The notes under the pieces: generated by a model | Told to the model about the DNA's origin: nothing | Seen by the model: the letters and a program-made list of their open reading frames with translations, nothing else | Databases searched by the model: none | DNA from: a virus | Length of the DNA stretch: 64,000 nucleotides | IMG/VR virus record: IMGVR_UViG_3300004180_000001 | Location: 2,820 to 66,819 of that record | Direction: 5' to 3' (one strand) | Made by a program: the position numbers and the translations under genes | Shown: in pieces, positions 1 to 8,037 of the stretch | Position numbering within the stretch: the stretch's first letter is position 1 | Layout of the letters: every line of letters begins with the position of its first letter

Positions 1-177
1 GACCTTGGGTTAAATACGCTGGCCTTGTTAGGTAAACTGGAAGGCTATCAAACGACAGCGACCAGTTTGTACAGGCCGTTCATAGCCAAGGTAATGGCTA
101 AACATGGCAAGGAGTTCCATACCGACGTGGAAAAATACCTGAAAAGTAGTGTCAAGAGTGCGCTGAAAGGACTTTAA
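1..177 (+). CDS. 3' end of a gene truncated by the window edge, possibly a neck/tail-completion protein
   Basis: Frame 1 is open from base 1 to TAA at 175-177 (DLGLN...YRPFIAKVM...LKGL*). The RPF motif and position upstream of the tail genes are only suggestive. Confidence 0.45.
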   Translation, partial: DLGLNTLALLGKLEGYQTTATSLYRPFIAKVMAKHGKEFHTDVEKYLKSSVKSALKGL

Positions 178-316
178 AAAATGCAGTCTACGCCAGGCTC
201 AAGGCCGACCGCGTCCCGCCATTCTTTGTAATTAAAGCCGTCAACAGTCGGCTTGCATAAAAGGTCAGGGGTGACATGGACGGCACACCCTGACAGAGCT
301 ATGGCAACAACTAAAG

Positions 317-583
317 CTAATCGCCGCACCGGTCGTGCCGTTCTTTGCGGGCCTTGATAACGGTACGCAGGTAAGCATCGCCGGCATCGTCTGCCTTTAC
401 ATCCAAACCGTTAACCGAAATGTGCATCTTCTCAGGCAGCCTTGGCAATGCAGTGACGGCAGGGCAATCATTAACTACCGTCTTCAAGACCGGCTCAGGG
501 GCTGACGAGTAAAAGCAACCGACCAGTTGCAACGGTAATAAAAGCGCCGCCAGCACGCCGGCTATATTAATAAGACCGGTCAT
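317..583 (-). CDS. Lipoprotein, putative outer-membrane spanin (Rz1-like)
   Basis: Restarted at ATG 583: MTGLINIAGVLAALLLPLQLVGC is a signal peptide with an LVGC lipobox, followed by a Pro-rich region. It overlaps the end of the putative holin. Confidence 0.6.
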   Translation of the reverse strand: MTGLINIAGVLAALLLPLQLVGCFYSSAPEPVLKTVVNDCPAVTALPRLPEKMHISVNGLDVKADDAGDAYLRTVIKARKERHDRCGD

Positions 584-995
584 CTGCAGCCACCTGAGAC
601 AAAGTTCTAAAATCTTCTTCAGTTTCCGCAATACCTGGAGCGCCACCATACTGAGGTGATCCATGGACTTGCTTTTTCAAAGCAGACTGAGGCAACGTTG
701 TCATCGCGTCTGGCGCTTTATTAATCGCGTTATCGCTCATGTACCCGCCCAGTAAGGCTAGGGCCAAAGACCATGTTGTGGCTGCAGGTGGAGTCGTGGC
801 GAATAGAGTAATGGTGCCCATAACGATAGTTATCGTAGAGGATAGCGTGTGCTTACGCTCAGCGCTAAGGTACTCTATAAACCCGCAGTCGATGCGGCCT
901 TTGGCGTACTGTACGTACCAATTTGACGCCCCTCCCATAAGGCCGACCAAGATAAACCCCCAAACTGAATAAATCATATCCATAGTTGTCTCCAA
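567..995 (-). CDS. Putative holin (about 3 transmembrane segments)
   Basis: Three hydrophobic stretches plus a hydrophilic C-tail; adjacent to the lipoprotein gene. Confidence 0.5.
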   Translation of the reverse strand: METTMDMIYSVWGFILVGLMGGASNWYVQYAKGRIDCGFIEYLSAERKHTLSSTITIVMGTITLFATTPPAATTWSLALALLGGYMSDNAINKAPDAMTTLPQSALKKQVHGSPQYGGAPGIAETEEDFRTLSQVAADDRSY

Positions 996-1003
996 GTAGT
1001 GTT

Positions 1004-1630
1004 TTAAAATCCAAGTTCTCGCAGCCGTTTCAGCCCTGACTCCGAGTTAATATCATGCACCCGTTCTATTACGCCGTCATTCGAAGAGTGGCCACTGCCG
1101 GCGTCGTCTTTGTATTTTCCGCCCATGCCGTAGAGAACCGACTCCATGCGCACGTTGTTTTGTTGGATCTTCTCGAATTTGTACTCCCCGATCAGCCGTA
1201 AAGCGTCTGCTCGGTCCAACTGCGTGTAGATGCCTTGGGCGTTGGCATAATTATAGCCGGTCATCTGCATTAATGTAGAGTCAATATTAAGACCGTTCAT
1301 GTACTCCAGGTAGCTGGTGCCGAAAGAAGGCTTTGTTTTCGGTTTGTCCTTCTGCTGAGCAAGGTTGGAGTCCACTTCGCTTTTTACTTCTTGCAGGCGT
1401 TCCAGGAAGTAATTGAAATCGTCCTGGTCCGGCTTGTCGACGCCGCAGTGCTGGTGCAAAACAATGACGATGACATCCATTAACTCGTCATCTGAGACAG
1501 CCTTGACGGATTCCGCGGCGTAAACTTCAACAGCCATAAGGGATAAGTTAAAGCGTCTGGCTTTACTGAAAAATATAGAGGAATCGGACACTTGAATACC
1601 TGCCTGGGTTTGTAATGTATGTGCTGCCAA
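1004..1630 (-). CDS. Hypothetical protein (start uncertain)
   Basis: 208-aa ORF tiling with the holin-like gene and divergent from the tail tube gene. Confidence 0.6.
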   Translation of the reverse strand: MAAHTLQTQAGIQVSDSSIFFSKARRFNLSLMAVEVYAAESVKAVSDDELMDVIVIVLHQHCGVDKPDQDDFNYFLERLQEVKSEVDSNLAQQKDKPKTKPSFGTSYLEYMNGLNIDSTLMQMTGYNYANAQGIYTQLDRADALRLIGEYKFEKIQQNNVRMESVLYGMGGKYKDDAGSGHSSNDGVIERVHDINSESGLKRLRELGF

Positions 1631-1778
1631 GTATATCCGGACAAACGTTGCGGCGCAATTACCTAGAGGCTACGCTTCGGTTACCTTACAGCGGCAAGGC
1701 TTACGGAATGAACGCAATCCGTTGGCAACTTTTTGACGAAAATTGCTATTTTATTTTTCATTTTCAACGAGTTATTAA

Positions 1779-1787
1779 TGATATAGT
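1779..1787 (+). promoter_or_regulatory. Candidate extended -10 promoter for the tail operon
   Basis: TGaTATAGT in the AT-rich divergent intergenic region, about 70 nt upstream of ATG 1858. Confidence 0.3.
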
Positions 1788-1857
1788 ATTAGTATCTCCC
1801 GACCGAACCGACGGGAGCGGATTGAACCCTATTTTTAATAATCTCCGGAGATTAACT

Positions 1858-2697
1858 ATGTCTGTAGGACAGGTCGTAAATGATAAATTCTTAATCGGTA
1901 CGAGCGAACTTCGTATCGGCCCCATGTCCAGTGCCAACCAGTTGGACACAGGAGACTCCGTAGGCGTTATCGACGAGGCAACGCTCACCATCGGCGTAAC
2001 CTCTGTCGATTTGAAGGCACTCTTTCCGCGCCAGATCGTGGCGACGGCCATTGTCGAGCAGGTTGCCAGCGTAGCGGCTACCATGCGCGAATACTCGCGC
2101 AAGAACCTGAACGTGATGCTGGGCGGTGACGTTACGGCGTCTAACCCTACCGACGTAGCTTCAACCGTAGCGGTAACTGCAGCAGCCGGCGCTACCAGCG
2201 TAACCTTGGCATCAGCTGCAGGGTTGGCTGTAGGTGACTTGCTGGTTATCTACCCCAAAGGCTTTCCCGAGCTGGTATCGGTTCTTGAAATCTCTGCCAT
2301 CACAGGCGCTGTGGTAGACTTCCTTACCGGGCAAGTGACTCAGCACACCTACACCATTGGCGGCAGCAACCCGGTTGTTCATGCGTTCAAAGCGCAACCT
2401 ATCGCCATTGGATCGCTGGACAGAACCAACTACTTCTCCATGATGTTGGTCCAACAAGACAACCGTACCGGTCGTCCTGCTGTGGCATCATTCTGGAAAG
2501 GCGCTATCTCGGGTAACGTCGACCTGGCTAACAACAGCCAGGATTTTGCATCCAGTAAAATGGATTTCAAAATTCTTCGCCCTGCTTTGTCAGAATACTC
2601 TTCTGGCGGTGCGTTGTACCCGCTGCGTAATATCATTCCAACTCACAAGTCAGGTTTTGTTGACATGGGTGGAGCCGATAACGCAGTTATCGTGTAA
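1858..2697 (+). CDS. Major tail (tube) protein
   Basis: GGAG RBS before ATG 1858; 279 aa, beta-rich, with an Ala/Thr/Val-rich insert; first gene of the tail operon. Confidence 0.65.
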   Translation: MSVGQVVNDKFLIGTSELRIGPMSSANQLDTGDSVGVIDEATLTIGVTSVDLKALFPRQIVATAIVEQVASVAATMREYSRKNLNVMLGGDVTASNPTDVASTVAVTAAAGATSVTLASAAGLAVGDLLVIYPKGFPELVSVLEISAITGAVVDFLTGQVTQHTYTIGGSNPVVHAFKAQPIAIGSLDRTNYFSMMLVQQDNRTGRPAVASFWKGAISGNVDLANNSQDFASSKMDFKILRPALSEYSSGGALYPLRNIIPTHKSGFVDMGGADNAVIV

Positions 2698-2726
2698 TAC
2701 GAAGCTGATGATTTAATGCTAAACTT

Positions 2727-2752
2727 GAGGCCTGGCGTATGCTGGGCCTCTT
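2727..2752 (+). terminator. Stem-loop after the tail tube gene (weak terminator or stabiliser)
   Basis: GAGGCCTGGC-GTAT-GCTGGGCCTC hairpin with only a short U tract. Confidence 0.4.
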
Positions 2753-2770
2753 GCTATGAAGGAGTCATAA

Positions 2771-3991
2771 ATGGGTGTTAAACTTTTTCGCAGTACCGAC
2801 ACGGGAGCGCCGTCGTTAACCGGCCAAGCCGGGTCGTTGGTTGCTCTGATAGATGCGGTGCTTACCGCAGGGTACAATTCCAAAACCGTAACGATAACCC
2901 GATCAGGTACTACAGCCACGGCTAGCTGTACCGCGCATGGGTTTCCTTCTGACGGCCTTACGAAAGTCCGCATAGCAGGTGCCAACGAGTCGCCGTATAA
3001 CGGCGATCAAACTATCTTCAACGTCACCGCTAATACTTTTGATTTTACCGTCGCAGGGTCACCAGCTACCCCGGCCACCGGCACCATCACTGCCAAGGTT
3101 GCGCCCGCTGATGTTTGGGTGAAAGAATTCGCAGGTACAAATCTGGGGGTTTACCGAACCTCTGACGTAACAGGCGGGGGTAGACCGTATATTCAATTCC
3201 TGGATACGACGACTACGTACTGTCAGATACGTACCGCTGAAGTTATGTACGACGCCTCGAACGGAGCAAACTTTGCAACGGGTCGCTATATTCAAAAGTC
3301 ATCGACCGCCGACGGTACGGCTCGGCCTTGGGTTATAGTTGCCGATGACCGGTTTGTTCAAGTCCATGTCGCCTTCCACGCCAGTCACTCCAATATATTC
3401 GCTCCTGGAGGTTTTGGAGACATTACGTCAGAGGTTGCCAATGACCTATACGGGGGTATGGTTTGGGCTGGGTCTGTCACGGCCACGCCAACGACCCCTG
3501 GGGAGTCAAACTCTGTATGGACAAACAATATAAGGGAACTTCTGGCGGCTAGCACCACGTACCTGTCTGTCTCTGTAATTTTAGCTAGAGCTGGCGACGG
3601 CGTGGCTAAAAGTCCGTCAGGATATTTGGTAACGCCTTTTTCACTGAGACCTGATGCTTCAACTGCATCTTACCCTCCAGGCGGCGGCAACAATGGCAAC
3701 AATGGCCTAACTACGCCCAGCCCTGTTAATGGCGCGTATTACATGGATAGAATTCAGGTATACCAGGCTATGCAAATGAACAACCCAGTTAATGCAGGGT
3801 TGCGCGGTTATCTTCCAGGCATATATGGCCCCAGACACGCCAGGCCCACAGCTAATTTATCAACCTATGTGTCTACCTCACCCGCTACGTCAGGGCGTAA
3901 ATTTTTGGCACTGGACGTAGGACAGTCAGCGACTGCTTCGGCAGGCATGTGGGGGCAAATTCACGTAGACTTAACAGGACCTTGGAGATAG
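2771..3991 (+). CDS. Virion structural/tail-fibre-like protein, paralog 1
   Basis: 406 aa; N-term FRSTDTGAPSLTGQAGSLVALIDAVL; Thr/Gly-rich; ends VDLTGPWR; GGAG RBS. Confidence 0.65.
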   Translation: MGVKLFRSTDTGAPSLTGQAGSLVALIDAVLTAGYNSKTVTITRSGTTATASCTAHGFPSDGLTKVRIAGANESPYNGDQTIFNVTANTFDFTVAGSPATPATGTITAKVAPADVWVKEFAGTNLGVYRTSDVTGGGRPYIQFLDTTTTYCQIRTAEVMYDASNGANFATGRYIQKSSTADGTARPWVIVADDRFVQVHVAFHASHSNIFAPGGFGDITSEVANDLYGGMVWAGSVTATPTTPGESNSVWTNNIRELLAASTTYLSVSVILARAGDGVAKSPSGYLVTPFSLRPDASTASYPPGGGNNGNNGLTTPSPVNGAYYMDRIQVYQAMQMNNPVNAGLRGYLPGIYGPRHARPTANLSTYVSTSPATSGRKFLALDVGQSATASAGMWGQIHVDLTGPWR

Positions 3992-3995
3992 TGGC

Positions 3996-5213
3996 ATGGC
4001 ATCACGCGTAAAACTTTATAGATCATCTGACGCCGGTGCCCCTGTCCTGTCAGGGCAGGCGGGGGCTTTAGTAGCCCTTATCGATGCTATCATTGCCGGG
4101 TATAACAGCAAAACTATTACGATAACACGTTCAGGTAGTGTGGCTACCGCTACGTGTACCGCTCACGGCTTTAACCCAGACGGGTTACAGGTGTTGCGAG
4201 TAGCCAGCGCGGATCAGACTGAGTACAACGGGGATTTCCCGATTTACAATGTCACGGCTAACACGTTCCAGTTTACTGTGACAGGTACACCGGCGACACC
4301 GGCCACTGGGACCATTACAGCTAAAATTTCGCCCGCCGACGTTTGGGTTAAGGAGTTCACCGGCACTAACCTTGGGGTTTACAGGACCTCAGATGCTACG
4401 TCGGGCAGTACGCGTGAGTATTACCGTTTCGACGACACGACGACGACATACGCAAGCTTCAAAGGCTACGAGGCCATGAGCGATGTTAACTCAGGGACCG
4501 ACCCTGTTACTGTGCGGTATATCCACAAATCGTCCACTGCCGACGCTACAGCACGGCCTTGGGTAGTGGCAGTAGACGATAGATATATTCATATTTTTAC
4601 AGCGTTCCACGCGTCATACGCAGGCTACGCTATGTACGGCTTTGGTGACATCCTGTCTGAGGTAGCCAGCGACCCTTACTGCGGATTTACCTTTGGCGGT
4701 GACGCTACCGGGCCAGCCTCGACGGATGTCACCGGGTCTATGTGGATGTGTCTTGTTCATGAGCTGCTTGCTAATAGCACAACTTATATAAAAGCCGCAG
4801 GGCGCATGACAAGAGCTGGGGCGGGGGTAGTCAAGGATGCAGCAGCCTGGCTAACTCAAGAGTTACTAGCTAGACCACCGACTCAGAGCACGGTTCACGT
4901 ACCAGGTGCCACTAACGCAACTACAGGAGCCCCATTCCCTCAATCTAGTCCGGTAGACGGCAGCGCTAGAGCCGTTAGGCTTCAAGTATGGGAGGCTCAA
5001 GGTGCGGCTAACCCACTAAACGTCGGACAGAGAGGCAGTGTTCCAGGGTTGTTTGTACCGTTGGCCTACCGGCCTGTGGCAGCTTTAGGAACTTACGGCT
5101 CTCAAGCTGCCGGTACTTCTGGTCATAAAATGTTGGCAATTAACTTAGGTCAAAATTCTGGTTTGGCAGTCTCGGGACAAGTCCACTTGGATATTACAGG
5201 GCCTTGGAGGTAA
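3996..5213 (+). CDS. Virion structural/tail-fibre-like protein, paralog 2
   Basis: 405 aa, clearly homologous to 2771-3991, with the same N-terminal half and C-terminal LDITGPWR. Confidence 0.65.
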   Translation: MASRVKLYRSSDAGAPVLSGQAGALVALIDAIIAGYNSKTITITRSGSVATATCTAHGFNPDGLQVLRVASADQTEYNGDFPIYNVTANTFQFTVTGTPATPATGTITAKISPADVWVKEFTGTNLGVYRTSDATSGSTREYYRFDDTTTTYASFKGYEAMSDVNSGTDPVTVRYIHKSSTADATARPWVVAVDDRYIHIFTAFHASYAGYAMYGFGDILSEVASDPYCGFTFGGDATGPASTDVTGSMWMCLVHELLANSTTYIKAAGRMTRAGAGVVKDAAAWLTQELLARPPTQSTVHVPGATNATTGAPFPQSSPVDGSARAVRLQVWEAQGAANPLNVGQRGSVPGLFVPLAYRPVAALGTYGSQAAGTSGHKMLAINLGQNSGLAVSGQVHLDITGPWR

Positions 5214-5233
5214 GCTGATGTTTTATTCCTTTA

Positions 5234-5680
5234 ATGTCTGGCAAGAAGCCAAAACCTGGTAAGAAATCAATGACAGACTACTTTAACGATCCTTCGGTAG
5301 TAGCGTCTGCCGCTCCAGCGACCTGGGGCGGGGCAGCTAATCACGATAGCACAGTAACCTCGGCTGCGACTCCTACTGCGTGGGGTGATCTCACTTTTAG
5401 CGAGCCTTCTGTATGCGCGGTGGAAAAAGAATTTTCTGGAGCCGGTTATTTCTCAGGAACCACAACCGTAAACGGAGTTGCAGTAGGTAACCTAACGGTG
5501 AATCTGCATGAACGCTTAACCGGGGCTTTAGTCGCGACGACAAAATCAGCGAACGACGGTTCTTACTCGTTTGTCGGGGTATCTCTGAATTGGGAGTATT
5601 ACGCTATCGCCCTGGATGACGCCACAGGGGTTCAATACAACCTGGTTGGGGCAGACAAGATCGTGCCGCTGAGGTTTTAA
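5234..5680 (+). CDS. Virion protein with a C-terminal Ig/prealbumin-like beta-sandwich
   Basis: Pattern SGTTTVNG...VNLHERLTGALVATTKSANDGSYSF...YYAIALD. Confidence 0.55.
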   Translation: MSGKKPKPGKKSMTDYFNDPSVVASAAPATWGGAANHDSTVTSAATPTAWGDLTFSEPSVCAVEKEFSGAGYFSGTTTVNGVAVGNLTVNLHERLTGALVATTKSANDGSYSFVGVSLNWEYYAIALDDATGVQYNLVGADKIVPLRF

Positions 5681-5681
5681 C

Positions 5682-6806
5682 GTGGCTTATACACCGCCTG
5701 CAGGTAATGCCGTAGTCTTGGATTTTAGCGGGTCTTATACGCCCGCTGCGGGGTCAGCTGTTGCCCTTAACTTCAGCGACGGCTCTGTCACGTTGGTTGT
5801 TAATTCGGTAGCTCAGGCACAAAGCCTGGATCCGCAGACGCTGTCTGTGCTTTACGGAATCAGTGTTGCGGGTTTAACGCAAGCTCAGCTACTGGATGCA
5901 ATTAACCTGGTCCAGCAGAATACGCTGGCCTCAGACAACCTCGCTCAAGCCCAAACGTTGTCTGAGACAACTGTGTCTCAACTGACTATTATCTACGCTG
6001 ACGGCATAGCTCAAGCGCAGCTGTTGGATAGTTTCGATCTGACGCAAAGCAGCTCTATAAATTCAGACCCGGTTTACCAAGCTCAAGCTCTAGGCACATC
6101 TGATTTAACCCAGCAAAACATTTTGATTGCCAACGCGGTAAGTCAAGATCAAACGATGGGAACTGCCGATTTAACACAGCAAAGCACGCTGGCTATCAAC
6201 AGCATTGCGCAGGGGCAAACCTTAGACAACGTCACTGTGTCAGTGACGTTTACTCTAACTGCTGCGAACCTTTACCAAGCGCAAGAGTTAGCAGCGACGG
6301 TCTTAAGCCCGGTAATAAGCATAATAGTTGACGGCATAAACCAAGGGCAATCTCTGGCGGATACGCTTGCGTTGATACAGTCTCATATTGTATCCGCAGG
6401 AAACATAAGCCAAGTTCAAACTTTAGGCGATGTCGATTTAGTACAGCAACACATTTTAACGTTAGCAGGGGTAGCGCAGGGGCAAACCCTAACTGAAGGC
6501 CTGGGTTTAGTACAGCAGCACATCTTAAGTCTCGACAGTGTTGTTCAAGATCAAGCGTTGGGCACTGTAGCACTTATCCAGAATTACATCTTGACAGCGG
6601 ACGGGCTGACTCAGCAACAGGCACTGGAAATAATCTCCGCTTTAGTTGTGTTGCTGCCTTCTACTTTAGTCTATAATTTCATAAACATACGGAATGATTC
6701 TCCAATCGTCTATGTCGTTGAGTCAAACCCATCAGTTCACGTTCAGGAGGACTTACCAAACATTATGGTAAGCTCTGAAGAAGTCATACTTTACACCACC
6801 CATTAA
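5682..6806 (+). CDS. Repetitive virion structural protein (QxQxL repeats)
   Basis: About 13 QxQx[LM] repeats with a period near 23 aa; N-term YTPP-x-GNAVVLDF duplicated. Confidence 0.6.
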   Translation: MAYTPPAGNAVVLDFSGSYTPAAGSAVALNFSDGSVTLVVNSVAQAQSLDPQTLSVLYGISVAGLTQAQLLDAINLVQQNTLASDNLAQAQTLSETTVSQLTIIYADGIAQAQLLDSFDLTQSSSINSDPVYQAQALGTSDLTQQNILIANAVSQDQTMGTADLTQQSTLAINSIAQGQTLDNVTVSVTFTLTAANLYQAQELAATVLSPVISIIVDGINQGQSLADTLALIQSHIVSAGNISQVQTLGDVDLVQQHILTLAGVAQGQTLTEGLGLVQQHILSLDSVVQDQALGTVALIQNYILTADGLTQQQALEIISALVVLLPSTLVYNFINIRNDSPIVYVVESNPSVHVQEDLPNIMVSSEEVILYTTH

Positions 6807-6819
6807 CGAGGTTACTCCC

Positions 6820-7044
6820 ATGGAAGTTAGAATACTGTCATCGTTTCAACACAGAGGCGGAAACTACATTGAAAAAGAAGTACGCATAGTAGACGACGCC
6901 ACTGGTGAATATTTTTGCCGGGCCGGTTGGGCTGAAGACACCGCGGGGGTAGTTCCCACTGCAAACCCAGGCCCGACTGACGTTGTCCTGGAAGTTCAAG
7001 ACGTCGTTAATCAAACTGAAACCCAATCTCCAGGAGTTGCATAA
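6820..7044 (+). CDS. Hypothetical virion-associated protein
   Basis: GAGG RBS; tiles with the next gene through a TAATG overlap. Confidence 0.6.
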   Translation: MEVRILSSFQHRGGNYIEKEVRIVDDATGEYFCRAGWAEDTAGVVPTANPGPTDVVLEVQDVVNQTETQSPGVA

Positions 7045-7406
7045 TGGCTAAGAAAATGACTGCTGCCATGATCGATGGCGGGCTCACAAAGTCCAACACC
7101 TGCAACCGGATATCAGTATTATCGGCTGAGCCTGCATCAATTACCGACATTACAACCACTTACAAGTTAGCTTCTGCAGCTTTAGGTGGAGGCCAGTTTA
7201 CCTTGGCGGCGGGTGACGTAAGCGGGCGTAAATCAACATTGGCGCAGCAATCCGGCGTGTCTATTTCAGGAAGCGGTACAGCGACGCATGTAGCCATTGA
7301 CGATGGCACCGATTTTGTCGTTACTACTTGCACAGCGCAGGCACTTACCGCAGGCGGCACGGTCACCATACCTGCCTGGAAGCGGGAAATAGCTGACCCA
7401 ACATAA
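7044..7406 (+). CDS. Virion structural protein
   Basis: 120 aa, small-residue-rich; GGAG RBS; inside the tail operon. Confidence 0.6.
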   Translation: MAKKMTAAMIDGGLTKSNTCNRISVLSAEPASITDITTTYKLASAALGGGQFTLAAGDVSGRKSTLAQQSGVSISGSGTATHVAIDDGTDFVVTTCTAQALTAGGTVTIPAWKREIADPT

Positions 7407-7418
7407 CAAGGAATCAAC

Positions 7419-7928
7419 ATGCCTTTGCTGTTCGCCGCCAAAAACACCAAAACAAAATTCCCGTTCTCACACGATGCGGACGAGAAGAAGTTTTACACGT
7501 TCTGCTGGCGCCCGCCGGTTAGGCTGGACAATACAGAGTACCTACTGGACGACGCCGTAGTTCCTGCGACGTCGAACGGGTTTTACTATGTCTGTATAAA
7601 CCCCGGCGTAAGCAATGCTACCGAGCCGGCTATGAGTATGGCTATTGACGGTGAGACCTTGGACGGCCCAGGCTTAATTTGGAAAGCCGTGCCTTATGAC
7701 CTGAAAATGCGCGCCGGCGAGTCGATAGACTCGCATTCGTTTATTTACACCAACGGTGTGGTTATCGATAATGACGCCGCTGTAGCAGGGTTGACGCGTT
7801 GCCGAGTGACTGCCGTTCCTGTGGGGGCCAAGTCATTCGAGTTGACCAGTCGGGTTACCATTCTTCGCCTGGACGGTACAAGGCAGGACTTTGATAGAAC
7901 CATCGTAGTCGCTATCACTCCTTTGTAA
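7419..7928 (+). CDS. Virion protein with a CBM-like insert
   Basis: AAGGA RBS; motif NGFYYVC..PGVS..TEP...DG...W. Confidence 0.55.
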   Translation: MPLLFAAKNTKTKFPFSHDADEKKFYTFCWRPPVRLDNTEYLLDDAVVPATSNGFYYVCINPGVSNATEPAMSMAIDGETLDGPGLIWKAVPYDLKMRAGESIDSHSFIYTNGVVIDNDAAVAGLTRCRVTAVPVGAKSFELTSRVTILRLDGTRQDFDRTIVVAITPL

Positions 7929-7951
7929 TTCCACGCTCTAGGGCGTGTTTT

Positions 7952-7987
7952 AAAAGGGTCGGCGGCGTCAGCTTCCGGCCCTTTTTT
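7952..7987 (+). terminator. Rho-independent terminator
   Basis: AAAAGGGTCGG...CCGGCCCTTTTTT, a GC-rich stem followed by a U-tract, upstream of the tape measure gene. Confidence 0.7.
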
Positions 7988-8037
7988 GTGTTAGACTTAG
8001 CCAACCCCTTCCCCTCCATTGTTCTTATGGATAGACC

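Noticed and set aside
1796-1830. GGGTTCAATCC (- strand) as a tRNA T-arm
   Set aside because: Loop length is wrong and there are no D, anticodon or acceptor arms; it is only a local hairpin.
2771-5213. Paralog pair as a diversity-generating retroelement TR/VR
   Set aside because: Differences are not adenine-specific, both are full genes, and no reverse transcriptase is present.
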